Below, in pieces: positions 52,024 to 63,997 of a stretch of DNA of 64,000 nucleotides; within the stretch, counting starts at the first letter, position 1, and every line of letters starts with the position of its first letter. The stretch is from Pseudovirgaria hyperparasitica. Its lineage: Eukaryota. The position numbers were made by a program, and so were the translations under genes. The stretch lies in assembly GCA_010093815.1 (NCBI GenBank), contig ML996583.1; one strand, 5' to 3'. The notes below the pieces were generated by a model. The model was given only the letters and a program-made list of their open reading frames with translations. It was not told the DNA's origin and searched no databases.

Positions 52024-52426
52024 TTTCTCTTCTTTTCTTCCCTGCGCAGCACTTACTCTGCTTACTGCTCCACTTCACCACGTCTGCTCATGACACTGCC
52101 CTGCTGAGCTGAGCTGACCATCCGCCGAACAAGCTGCCATCTGCCTAGTAAGCTTGTTAGTGCCCACTCTGCCCACTCCTGCCTCCAATGCCCCTCCTTT
52201 CTCCCACGCTGCCGCCCAACTAACTGCCTCAGGCCTACTTTTACTCCCAACCACCTGCACCCACTCGTCGTCATCCTGCAGCCCGCAATTTCCTCCACTT
52301 CACCCTGACGCCATCCTTCTTCAATTCTTCCATCCATCCTCCACTCTGCTACTCTCTATTCCTACTACTCCAACCACCACAACCACAACCACCATCGCTC
52401 GACTGGACCGCCTCCTCAACACCGCC

Positions 52427-55400
52427 ATGTCCGTCTCGGTACGAGAACGCGAGCGTGAGCGCGACTGGGACTCTCGCTCCAGTCGCAACGACGGCGCTCG
52501 TTCCTACACCACCGTCCGTCGATACAAGGTTCCCGACACAGACTACGACGACGATCGCTTCGTCGAGGAGACTCGCATCGTGCGCAAGTCCACCCACACC
52601 GACGATGACAACATCAACCTCAACATCAACAATAACAACTACGATGCCCAGTCCGCCAGACACTCGCACACCACACACACAACCCGCCACTCGGAGCCGC
52701 GAGCCCGCTCTGTGCGCGAGTATGAAGTCGTTGATCGCGAGATTGAGTTTGAGCGTGAGGTCGTGCCTGCTCCCACTCTTCCGCGCGACTCTACCACTAC
52801 CCGCGAGATCCGCGAGTACCGCTACGTCGACCGCGACCGCTCTCCGTCGCCTCCGCGCCGCGAAATCCGTGAGTACCGCTTCGAGCGAGACGTCGAGCGC
52901 TCGGATTCGCCGGAGAGGGAGTACAGAGTGACTCGCACCCTCGAACGCGACGATCCAGAGACGCCCTATGAGCTCCAGCGCTACTCCAAGTCGACCGAGT
53001 ACTTTGCCAACCCACCACCTCCCCCGCAGCCCATCGTCATCCGGAACGAGGCTCCCCAGCCAATCATCATCCAGGAAGAGCGACGCCAGCCGCAGCAGAT
53101 TGTCATCAAGAGAGAAGAGCCCCAGTACGAGATCATCGAGCGTGAAGAGGTCAGGGACGATCGCCAGCTGGAGCGCCGTGAGCCGCGCCAGGACGAGGAC
53201 TATTACTACGAGCGCAGGATCCGAGAGACGAGCAGAGGGCCCCGGGATCGAGACAACTACTACGAAGAGCGAGAGTACGACAGCCGTCGTCGCGACGAGG
53301 ACCGCTTCAGCGACGACGACATGGTCTACATCCGAAAGGACAGATGGGAGCGCGACGAGAGTCCTCACCACCGCCGTCATCTCGCAGAGGGTGCTCTCGT
53401 CGGCCTTGGCGCCGCAGAACTCATGCGACACCATCGTCGCTCCCAGGGCGAGGATCCTGGTCATCACGCCCGACAGGCACTCGGATATACTGCTCTAGGC
53501 GCGGTCGGCGCTGAAGCCGTCAGTCGCTTCCGCAAATCGCGCTCCCATTCCCGCTCGCGATCTGGCTCTCGTGGACGCCGTGACAAGAGTCGTCACCGCA
53601 AGCGTTCGCTCTCACGCGGCAAGAAGATTGGTGCCGTGGCCGGTATAGCCGCCGTTGGTGCCCTCGCATACGCGGCAAGCCGACGGAACAAGAACAAGAA
53701 TGCTGCCGCCGCAGGGAGCCGGAGCAGAAGTCGCTCTCGCAGACGCCACTCTGTTGGCGGGGAGCGCTCCCGCAGCCGACACGATCCCGAGCACAGAAAC
53801 AGAAGAGTCGCCCAAGCCGGTCTTGCCACCGCTGCCGTTGCCGGGCTGGTCGAGCGCGCTCGAAGCAAGTCAAGATCCCGCAAGGGCGAGAAGCCGAGAA
53901 GCCGCAGCCGCATAAAGACTGGCGTGCCCATCGCCGCTGCTGGCTTGGCCGGTGCCGCTGTCACTGGCCTCTACGAGCGACAGAAGGCGAAGAAGGAGGC
54001 TGGCGGAGGAGACGAAGATGAAGGCGAGCGTGGCCGGTCGAGGTCGGTGTCGAGGTCGAGGACACACTCAAAGTCCAAGTCTAGGTCGAGATCCAGGTCA
54101 GTGCGTGACGGTGACCGAGACCGGGACCGGGACCGGGATCGCTCTCGCCGCAACTCGACTGGTGACCGTGGTCTTATCGAGTACGGCGGCGACCCAATAT
54201 ACACGGCCGCAGACGGCCGTCGTGAGCGCGATCATGCAGACTACCGCGAGCGCCGTCGGGACAGAGGCCGCAGACGTGGCTCCGACGATTCGGACGACAA
54301 GCCTCGCAGCCGGAGCCGGAGCCGCAGCAGAAAGCTCGCAGAGACGGCTGCCGTCGCGGGTGTTGCCGGTGTTGCAGCGCATGAAGCCGCAAAGAGACGT
54401 GAGCGCAAGAAGGCTGAGAAAGAGCGGCAACGTACGTCGTCGTCCCAGTGACTTGTAGCTAAAATACATACACACGAAGACTAACAGATCATTATATAGG
54501 CCTGGCAGAAGAACGCGAGCGTGACTTTCCGTCGTCCGACGCATTCAGTCCGCCTCCCTTTGTGCCCACTGGCCCAGCTTATCCCACAGACTATGTAACG
54601 TCTCCGGCAGGCCCTCCTGGTGGTGGTGGTGGTGGTCAGTACTATCCTGCCACAAACCAGTTCCCACCGCCGCCACAACCACAAAGCTATCCGCCCCCTG
54701 AGCAGAACATGTCCTACCCTCCACCACAGGACCCAGGCTTCCAGCCTCAACCCTACAATCCCGCAGACTACCATCCACCACCCGGCGGCGGCGCACACCA
54801 CCCAGACTACCCATACTCTCCGTCCCCGGTACAGCAAGGTCAATATCCGCCACCAGATGACAGGCAACGTCGTGGCGGCGGTGGCGGCGGCGACAATGTG
54901 AGTGCTCCTCTCGCAGCTGCTGAACGTGAGCACTACTACAATGGTGGTGCGTTCAAGGACATCTAATGCCATTCTTGGGGGTCTGGTTGACTAACGGCAT
55001 GTCTTGGCTTTGACAGATGGTGTAAACTCGATTCGCGATCCTTCGCCGCCGCCGTCGGCCAAGTCTGTCCAGTTCAACCTGCCTCAGTCTGCACCACCAC
55101 CACCACCACCACCACAACCACAACCACCATGGTCGCCTCTATCAGATGACGACGATCGCGGCCATGATTCTGGTGGCGGCGGCGAAGATCGACGGCGGAG
55201 CAGGCATGAAGACGGTGACAGGGAGGACGGCCGGCGACGAGGCGACCGAGATCGAGACCGAGACCGCGATCGAGACCGCCACGACCGCAGCGACAGAAAA
55301 GACCAAAAAAGAGAACACGATAGAGACAAGGACCGCAAGCGCGGCCGCTCCGACAGGACAGACACACGACGACACGATAACGACCGCAAACGAAATGATT

Positions 55401-55624
55401 CCCCCGACTCCGTCTCGTCCGGCGAGACCATTGAGATGGAGCCGCGCTTCGACGCCCAGGGCCAGCCGAGGAAGTCGGATGCCATCGCAGACCAGCTGGA
55501 GAACATGCTGAATGGCAGAGGCACGGCCGGACGCATCTTCCAGACCTTGACGGATCAGTTCTTGAATGGGTCTGGGTCCGGGTTGGGGTCTGGGACGGGC
55601 TCGTCGTCGCGCCGGCGGAAATGA
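52427..55624 (+). CDS. DUF3824-like Arg/Ser/Asp-rich protein. Exons 52427-54431, 54500-54946, 55017-55624 (alternative donor at 54898)
   Basis: Repeated AxxGxxAA(G) segments between RSRS tracts, a Pro/Tyr-rich YNPADY segment and a KSVQF motif. Both introns have ACTAAC branch points. Confidence 0.8.
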
Positions 55625-55907
55625 TTTTCTTTATGATGCGCCTGCTACTATACAACTTTGACTTTTTTATTTTTCACGTCGTTCTTGCTACGTTTTCATA
55701 TTTCGCCGCGTGTGTTTTTTACGGGATGGGTTGGGATGGGTTGGGGGTTTCTGTGTCAACATCGCCTTGCTTTGCCTTGCCTTGTCTTGTCTTGCCATGG
55801 GGTGCACGTAACTTTGTGTGTGTTAGATTGAGGAGTACTACTACCTAGGTACTTACTACAACCCCTTTTTATAATACATGATTTGACTTCTTTCGCACTT
55901 TTTTTTC

Positions 55908-55971
55908 GTCTTGAGGTCTTGAGGTCTTGAGGTCTTGAGGTCTTGAGGTCTTGAGGTCTTGAGGTCTTGAG
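55908..55971. repeat. (GTCTTGAG)8 perfect octamer repeat
   Basis: Read directly. Confidence 0.93.
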
Positions 55972-57514
55972 GGTTATATGAGTATGTGCTGGCTTGCTGG
56001 ACGGGTGACAAGGGACGTTTTAGTCAGGCGGACTGGCATGTTGATGGCTTTGACTTTTGGCTTTTGTTCTGATTTGGCTTCTTTTTGGATCCTGTGGTGT
56101 GGTGTGGTGTGGTGTGGTATAGTGTGTGTGGTATGGCATGGCAGGGGCATGTAGAATTACGAAACAAGTATACCGCCTTTTTTTTTGGCTGATTGTTGTT
56201 TTTATGGTGGTGGTGGTGGTACTGACTGATTATTAACGGCTTTTTGCTGATAATTATGTTTTCTTTATCTGTGATTATAGTGGTGCCGGTGAGATGATAC
56301 ATCCTCCTCGTTTGGTTAAAAGTCTATGTGGTAGTTATGTGTTTGTTATACCTGCATACATCCCCCGTCCCGCACACAGACACACTACTGTATTCCATTC
56401 CATTCCATGCTATTCCTTATATATATATATATATATACAATTGTGTAGTTATCGCCTCTGATCATCACCTTACATACCCTAATTAACCCTACCCACCTAG
56501 CGCCCCCCGTGATACCTAGTTAATTAGTATAAGCAGTTAGCGCTCACGGGACCCGTCTTCCCGCTGCCGACCGACCGGGGGGAAGCGCGTGGATTGGGGT
56601 CTAGTGGGCGCGTGGGTTGACTGGACGATTAGTGGACGGTTAGTGGAACGATCAGTGGGCGATCCCATTGGAGTAGAACAGTAGAACCCCTTGCTAGCGC
56701 CATTTGTGGGCGGTAGCAAGGCAGGTCGAGTCACCGTTTCTCTGGGTTTTTTTTGGGCGTTTTATCGGACTTTTCGACGACTCGACTTGACTTTGGAACC
56801 CGTTGTGCTGTTGCCGTTCGTTGAGATGGTGCGGTGAAGAATACGGCGAGACAAGACTGCGATTGGGAAGTATATTGTTACGATTGCGACCGCTGTTACG
56901 CTGTTCTGCTTCGATCGCTTTGCTTTGCTTCGTCGCGTGCTTTGGTTTACGATTGACGATTGACGCCTGACGAGACGGAGTTTGTGAGGCCGGCCGGCCG
57001 GCACTGCGATTGTTGGTGCTTTTTATACGTGGTCGGAGTGCTTGGGCGTCTGAGCTGGGCTGGGCTGGGCTGTGCGGTGCGGTGCTAGGCTGGGCTGGGT
57101 TATACGGGCTGGTGTTTGTACGTGGGATTTCGAGTCTGTGTGGAGTGGGGAGTGTGAGGGTTGCTGGTTGCTGGTGTTGGGACGATCGACTGCGATTACG
57201 ACTACTGCCTGAACCACAGTCAGAACCACGGCCAGCACGATCACGATCACGACGACTACTACGACAATTACCACTACCACTGCTATGTATGTATCAGACC
57301 CTATCCCACCCCGCGTTGCCAGTACAGCAGCTAACACTCCATCCATCTATCAGTCCACCATCCACCCAGTCCTCCGCCCATTGTCACCCATGACACCACT
57401 CAAAACCACACTCCACACCTCTCGAGACCCGTCAGTAATGCCCATCCTCTAGTCGCAACTTCGCACACGAGGGCATCGTCGCTCCACACCACACCACACC
57501 ACACCACGCCATAA

Positions 57515-60500
57515 ATGGCCGGGCCAGCACAGCACGCTGCTGCTGCTGTCCCGAACAAAAAGCCAAAGCAGAAGCAAAAGAATAAGAATGACATGAGGAG
57601 CCGAAGCAGAAGCAGGAGGAGGCGGGACACCGAAGACTATGAAGACGACGATGAAGACGACGATGAAGACGACGATGAAGACGAAGAACAACACCAACCA
57701 GCCCGACAACGAAGACGAGCCGGCGGAGCGTGCAATTTCAGAGATCTGAATCGTGGGTTCATGTGTGGGTGTCTGATGTTCTGGACGCAGGAGGGCTTGG
57801 CGTGTACGTGTGGGCATCATTTGTGCTTTCATCGCCGGGTGGGGGTTGAGGATGAGGAGGAGGATGGGGATCGGGAGCAGGAGGAGCAAGAGGTTGGACA
57901 GGAGGATGGCGTGTATCATACTAGTACGGAGAGCCAGCTTTCGAATCGGCTGCAGCGATTTGATGGGGATCTTCGGGTCGCAGGTCAGACGGCGAAGAGA
58001 GGGTCCGCGAGAGAGCAGGCGAAGAGTCAATTGGAAGGGAGCCAGACGGAAAGGCTGCAGAGTCGGCAGGAACAATATGCGCCGGCGAGGCAGCAACAGC
58101 AACAGCAGCAACAACAAAGTCAGCAAGCCGCGATGAGGAACAGTCAATATGGATACGGAATCCCACGCCCGTCGCAGAACGAGCGCTTCTCGCAATTCAG
58201 TCTGCGCGCCTCCAACCTCAGCTCGACCACCGGGCTCCCCCGTATCCCCAGCGCCTGTCTACTGCCAGAACCTTCCGCCAACACGCCCCAGCTAGACAAC
58301 GACACGGCGCCCATATCGGACTCGCAGTACCTGAGAGCAAGAAAGACGTTTGCGCATCCGGCCGGCCTCGGCTTGTCGTTTGGTCCGAATGGCCACAATC
58401 GAGGCCAGAGGGAAGAGTCGCTCCCGTCAACGATCCAGATGGCGGCGCCGAGCGAGAGCGACTTTACGCCGCTCCAGACACGCACACGCACACGAACAAG
58501 CCCGTCTGCCGGTCTGCGTCCCACACGTGCCAGTCCGTCCCGCGCGCTCATGCATGGCGTTCTCCACGCTCGACGGAGGCTGCCTACCATCTCTGTGCCG
58601 GACGAACCACGTGGGAACGTCGATCCGGAAGACCTCGCGGGCAGTGCCACGGAAGTTGCTACTCCGAGCAATGACAACACGCCCGAGCTGCGCCAGATTG
58701 AACAGACCGTCTTGGAGGCGAAGAGCATGGCCGATCTCCTGTCGAGGACGCTCGCGGACCGTGAATTGGCGCTTCCTGGCCCGTCGTCAAACTCGACTGC
58801 ACATTCTGTTGCGAGCGTCTTGCAGAAACTGGGCATACATCTAAATTCCATCCAGGGACATCTCACCTCGTACCCGAGCGTCTCGGCGTCCCTGCGGACT
58901 CTGGCTGATCGGATCGACAATCTGGAGAATCTCTCGTTTTCCAATGTCCAGGCAGAGGAGGTCACGGAGAGGTTTGAGTTTCTCGAGGGCCGTCTGCTGG
59001 AGCTCGAGAGCTGGAAGGAGGATCACGATAAGATACACACTGTCATGGATAGCCACGACTCGCACGGTGAGGAATATGGCAGATCGGGCGGGCTATATGC
59101 TAAGATGGAGGATATTGAGGGCATCAACGAACGGCTTGATGTGCTCGAGGCCAGTGTACCCACCCATGCAGATCCATGGGAGGTCGAGGTTGTGTTTCTG
59201 CCCTGGGGGCGAGATCTCCGTGGTATCTGGTACTCCCCTGAAGACGCCCTAGAGATGAAGCAGACTCCCCAGGACACGGAAGAGTGGACGCAGGCGCGCA
59301 GCAACGCGTCATCGTCGCGTCTGTCGAGCAATGACCCGCGCTCGTCCTTCAGTGGCTGGAGCGAGCAAGACATACACGGCTGGGCCGACAATACAGATGA
59401 CTGGCTGTCGCCAAAGGCCTGCGGCCCGAAGAACGTCGTCTACCGACGGCTCCAGAGTCGAGGCTTCGTCCGCAACGTGCAAATCACCGGCTCCAACGCC
59501 GAAGACATCCAGCTCGCCATCGGCAAATGCTTCGAGTCCGTCCCCCACGACCACGGGCTCGCCTCGTCCTTTACCTCCCAAGACGCCGACCACATGCTCA
59601 GCCGCGTGCCCGGCCTCCGCGCCTCCTTTCTCCCCCTGCGCAAAGTCCTCTCGTCCTCAAGACTCCGCTTCCTCGGCCGGCAGGAAATGGCCACGTCGGC
59701 GCTATGGACAGCACAGTTCCTGGCCTCGGGCATCATCATGCGCGTCTCCGGCGGCACGCGTCGTCTGTTCGTCACTCACCGCGACGCCTACATGCAGCAG
59801 AGCTCCAAGGACACCCCTTGGACATGGAAGCAGATCCGCGAACTGCCACGCTTCGAGCCAGGCCTGGACGTGCAGATGAATGACGGGCCGGCGCAAGTCG
59901 TCGTCGTCGAGTCTGACGCGGACGAGCCGTGCTGGCGGTATGTGCCCAAGCTCGACCAGCTCCCCAGCGCCTCGTCGTCCTTTTCGTCCTTTTTCCAGGC
60001 TGAGTCCGCGCCGGCAAGTCAGATCGTTGCTGCTCATTCTCGGTCCTCTCCGCTGCCTAGGGAGCAAGCGCATGGTTCCAGTCTGCTACGAACGGGGAAG
60101 TCAGCTAGTCAGCCGCAGCAGCGCCCCCTAGGTCCGAGTCTATCCTCGCGCTTCTCCGAGACCCGACAACATCAACAACAAGAAGAGACCCTTCCAAGAC
60201 GCCGCTCGCACAGCCAGCAGCGCCGCCACACCGCCGGATCCCCATCCCTCGTAGACTCCGCCTTTGCAACGGCAGCAACAACAACGCCCAAACGCCCCGC
60301 CTCGCGCCAGTCTCTAGTCCCGAAACGCCGCTTTCAATCTGCTTCTGCCGCCGCTGGGCCCTCACAATCTCCATCCCACCGCCAAATCCACATCCACTAC
60401 CCACGCCCGCCGCCCTCCTTACTCTCCTCATCTTCCTCCTCCTCCTCCTCCGCCTTCTCCTCCCCGTCCTCCCGCATCAACAACAACACCACAACCACCA

Positions 60501-61075
60501 CCACATCCAAAAAACACCCCAAGCGCCGCCGCATCTCCTCCCCATCCTCCCCGCTCCCATCCTCTCCTCCCCCTGTCCCCGCGCCCACCACCACCACCAC
60601 CGCCCACGCACGCACACGCACACGTACATCTACCCCAAGCTCCAAATCGAGTGCGAAGGACAGCAATTCGCCGTTTTTCGAGCACAGCAACAATAACGCC
60701 ATCACCAGCACAAACAATAACACAGTCGCCGCAACAACAGCACAAGCGGCCAAACGCGCATATCCGCAATATGCCTATGCGACGCCGTATAGTGGGCCCG
60801 TGCTTGTTGGTGCGGGTATGACGGATTTGGGCACGGATGATGATGGGGATGGGGATGGGGATACGGTTGCTGATGGGGAGGGGGAGGGCGAGGGGGAGGA
60901 TGATGGGGAGAGTTGGCATGGTGTTGATGAGGAGGATGGTGGTGGTGGTGGTGGGGATAGGGTTATGCGGGATAGTTTTTTGGATGAGGGGGATGCGGGT
61001 GGGGTGTTTGGGGATGGGGATGAGGATATGCGTGGTACGACTGATGATGATGATGATGATTGTGATGATGACTGA
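57515..61075 (+). CDS. Large uncharacterised fungal protein (1186 aa) with a Cys/His cluster, coiled coil and low-complexity ends
   Basis: Long ORF containing CNF...CGC..FW...CTCGHHLCFH, poly-Q, a heptad region, and a core PWEVEVVFLPWGRDLRGIW...RLQSRGFV...RLFVT...WTW. Confidence 0.8.
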   Translation: MAGPAQHAAAAVPNKKPKQKQKNKNDMRSRSRSRRRRDTEDYEDDDEDDDEDDDEDEEQHQPARQRRRAGGACNFRDLNRGFMCGCLMFWTQEGLACTCGHHLCFHRRVGVEDEEEDGDREQEEQEVGQEDGVYHTSTESQLSNRLQRFDGDLRVAGQTAKRGSAREQAKSQLEGSQTERLQSRQEQYAPARQQQQQQQQQSQQAAMRNSQYGYGIPRPSQNERFSQFSLRASNLSSTTGLPRIPSACLLPEPSANTPQLDNDTAPISDSQYLRARKTFAHPAGLGLSFGPNGHNRGQREESLPSTIQMAAPSESDFTPLQTRTRTRTSPSAGLRPTRASPSRALMHGVLHARRRLPTISVPDEPRGNVDPEDLAGSATEVATPSNDNTPELRQIEQTVLEAKSMADLLSRTLADRELALPGPSSNSTAHSVASVLQKLGIHLNSIQGHLTSYPSVSASLRTLADRIDNLENLSFSNVQAEEVTERFEFLEGRLLELESWKEDHDKIHTVMDSHDSHGEEYGRSGGLYAKMEDIEGINERLDVLEASVPTHADPWEVEVVFLPWGRDLRGIWYSPEDALEMKQTPQDTEEWTQARSNASSSRLSSNDPRSSFSGWSEQDIHGWADNTDDWLSPKACGPKNVVYRRLQSRGFVRNVQITGSNAEDIQLAIGKCFESVPHDHGLASSFTSQDADHMLSRVPGLRASFLPLRKVLSSSRLRFLGRQEMATSALWTAQFLASGIIMRVSGGTRRLFVTHRDAYMQQSSKDTPWTWKQIRELPRFEPGLDVQMNDGPAQVVVVESDADEPCWRYVPKLDQLPSASSSFSSFFQAESAPASQIVAAHSRSSPLPREQAHGSSLLRTGKSASQPQQRPLGPSLSSRFSETRQHQQQEETLPRRRSHSQQRRHTAGSPSLVDSAFATAATTTPKRPASRQSLVPKRRFQSASAAAGPSQSPSHRQIHIHYPRPPPSLLSSSSSSSSSAFSSPSSRINNNTTTTTTSKKHPKRRRISSPSSPLPSSPPPVPAPTTTTTAHARTRTRTSTPSSKSSAKDSNSPFFEHSNNNAITSTNNNTVAATTAQAAKRAYPQYAYATPYSGPVLVGAGMTDLGTDDDGDGDGDTVADGEGEGEGEDDGESWHGVDEEDGGGGGGDRVMRDSFLDEGDAGGVFGDGDEDMRGTTDDDDDDCDDD

Positions 61076-61573
61076 GCGGGCGTGGTTGGGGGGTTTGTTG
61101 GGATGTGTCAGTCAGGTGGATATAGGGGGTTTGTTTCGGGGGGGGGGGGGCTTGGGATTGGCGTTGGTTTGGTGTTTGGTGTTTGCTTGTTTCCTGGGGA
61201 TTTTGAGGGGCCGGGGATAGGTGGTGTGGTGTATGATCACGTCGTCCCGTTTTTTGCACATCGCTTTTCTCTCGGGGGACAGGCAGGGGCAAAGGATGGA
61301 TGGATCTGGGGATTACATGGGATACCACGACTACGGGAACGGACGGATATGACACGAACGAACAGCACAGCATAGCAAGGGACATGGATGCGCATATATG
61401 GATATGGATGTGTATGTGTATACGGATGGAGATATGGATATGTATACGGATGGGTACATCTCTCTTCCGCTTTCCTCGGCACTCTATACTCTTTACTCGA
61501 CTCTACTACGTAGCTCTACGTAACTCTACGCAACTCTTTATATAGTTATGGTAATGGTTGTAGTAATTGTAGA

Positions 61574-61744
61574 TCTTTCTCTCTTCTTACTCTTCTTACT
61601 CTTCCTTCCTCTCTCTTCCTTCCTCTCTCTTCCTTCCTCTCTCTTCCTTCCTCTCTCTTCCTTCCTCTCTCTTCCTTCCTCTCTCTTCCTTCCTCTCTCT
61701 TCCTCTTCTTCCTCTTCCTCTCTACCTCTCTCTCTTCCTTTTCC
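61574..61744. repeat. Polypyrimidine (C/T) tract of about 170 nt built from CTTCCT/CTCT units
   Basis: Almost pure C/T on the + strand, followed by (GTCGA)4 at 61778-61797. Confidence 0.9.
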
Positions 61745-62209
61745 ACCATATATACATACATACAGTCGTCTCTAGCAGTCGAGTCGAGTCGAGTCGAGTC
61801 CAAGCTCACTTCTTGTTATACATGATCATATATGCTCATATATATACGTACGTGCATACAAGTGCGTGCGGTGTGCGTTCCACCGCGAAGACAGGAAGTA
61901 TGAGCACCCATCCGCCATGACCTCTCGTGTTTCTTCTCCTAGGGTTGTAGGGGCCGGGGGGGCATGATGGGCATTCACAGGTTCGTTCTGATCACAACAA
62001 GAGACACAGTCATTCATGACGCAGGCACTACACCGTGTGATTTTTGTGAGTGCAAAGTACAATAAAACACTTATTTTCAAAATCGCAAGATGCCGACCCG
62101 CAAGATGCCAATTTCGCAAGATATACACAAAACAAGCCTTCCGAAAAGCGCCGGCGAGTTGAAACCGCTTGAACGCCCACATGTCCGTCAGGTGCCCCCA
62201 AACAACTAC

Positions 62210-63997
62210 TTATTCCCATGGCAGACTAAACGTGCCCACCCAGTCCTCCACCTCCTGCCGCAGCTGCACAATATCAGTAACGTCCTCGCCCTCGCCCAGG
62301 TACTCCTTGAACGCCGCCACGCTAGCGGGATTTTTCCGCCCCTTCTCCTCCGCCGCCTCACGCGCCTGCTTGTCCACCTTAACAGCAATAGTCACGGCGC
62401 GGTCCACGATATCGGCAACGCGTCTGAAGTCGTCGGCCGTGAAACCACGTGTCGTCATGGCGGGCGTGCCCATGCGGAGACCGCCGGGCTTCATGGCGGA
62501 CTTGTCTCCTGGCACGGTGTTCTTGTTGCTCGCGACGCCGACGAGTTCGAGCACGCGCTCCACACGGGCGCCGTCGATGCCGCGGTCTTTCAGGTCGATC
62601 AGGACAAGGTGGTTGTCCGTGCCGCCGGAGACGATCGTGTAGCCTAGGCCGCCAGCGTCTTTGGAGTTGCCTAGACGTTCCGCAAGGGCGCGCGCATTCT
62701 TGAGCACGGTGTTCTGGTACTCTTTGAATTCTGGGGCTTGTGCTTGTTGGAGGGCTACGGCGAGTGCGGTGATGGTGTGGTTGTGCGGGCCGCCCTGGTG
62801 GCCGGGGAAGACAGACGCATTGATGGGACCTTCGAGATCGTAGAGGGTCTCGACGCCCTTCTTGTCGGTGCTACGCACGCCTTTGCGGAAGAAGATCATG
62901 GCTCCGCGTGGACCGCGCAGAGATTTGTGCGTTGTGGTGGTGACAATGTCGGCTGTCGCGAACGGCGAGGGAATCACAGACGCAGCAACAAGCCCGGAGA
63001 TATGTGCCATATCAGCCAGGAGGTATGCACCGACCTTGTTGCTGATGCTCTTCATGCGGTCGTAGTCGATCAGGCGGCTGTATGCAGATGTCCCAGCGAC
63101 GATGATCTTGGGCCTGTACAGAATTGCCTGCTCTTCTAGCTTATCATAGTCTATCAGACCCGTCTTCTCGTCTAGCCTGTACGGGTACGTCTCAAAGTAC
63201 TTTGAGACCATCGAAATCTTCTTGGTCGGAGTCTGGTATCCATGCGACAAGTGGCCACCGTGCGGAAGGTCGAGAGACATGATTCGATCATGTGTGTTGA
63301 GGAGGGCGGAGTAGGCATAAAGGTTTGCGGGAGATCCGGAGAGAGCTTGAATAGACATCAGATACAAAGACCACCACGATCGCTTCGACAGAGGTATACG
63401 CACGCTGGACGTTGACACCCCATTGTTCAGGATTCAAGTGAAATGCCTGGAGGGCGCGTTGCTGGCATAGAATCTCTGCCTGGTCAATGAATTCGTTTCC
63501 GCCGTAGTATCTAGCTCCGGGGTACCCTTCCGAGTATTTATCTGTAGCAGAAGTCTTAGCTGCTTGCGAGATTGTGTCACACGTCGAGCATACTTTGCAT
63601 AACACTGCCGAGTGCATCCAAGACCGCCTGAGAGGTAAAGTTCTCCGAGGGTATCAGGTTTATAAAATGCTTCTGCCGCCGTTTTTCCTACGTGTAGCGT
63701 GTGAGTCAGTGCGAGATTGGAGACTGTCAATTCGCATACCTTCTGGATGATATCGTAGACGGCAGGATCGGCTTCCTCGAGACGAGACGACAGCAGCTGT
63801 CATGATGTTAGTCTGGTGTTCATATTGCAGTAATTGTAGAAATTAGGACTCGCCTTATGCTGGCTATCAGAGGAAACGGAGCTTGCCATGCCCCGCCATG
63901 TTTGCCGTTGAGCAAAAAGACGACCGACTGGGGCAATGGGGGCCTGGTAGAGACGAGGACGGGCAAGGAGGGATCGTGAGGCTCGGACGCTGTTCAT
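62210..63997 (-). CDS. SHM1: Serine hydroxymethyltransferase, mitochondrial precursor. Exons 63997-63854, 63796-63740, 63687-63594, 63541-63404, 63345-62210
   Basis: Arg-rich, acid-free presequence; [32 protein letters not shown] lysine motif [13 protein letters not shown] and FPGHQGGPH. Confidence 0.96.

Noticed and set aside
52349..53467. 372-aa antisense ORF over the DUF3824 gene (similar ones at 49952-50725, 57449-58195 and 58144-58965)
   Set aside because: Antisense shadows of low-complexity coding DNA.
55908..55971. Regular repeat array as a possible CRISPR
   Set aside because: A perfect tandem octamer with no spacers, in a fungal genome.
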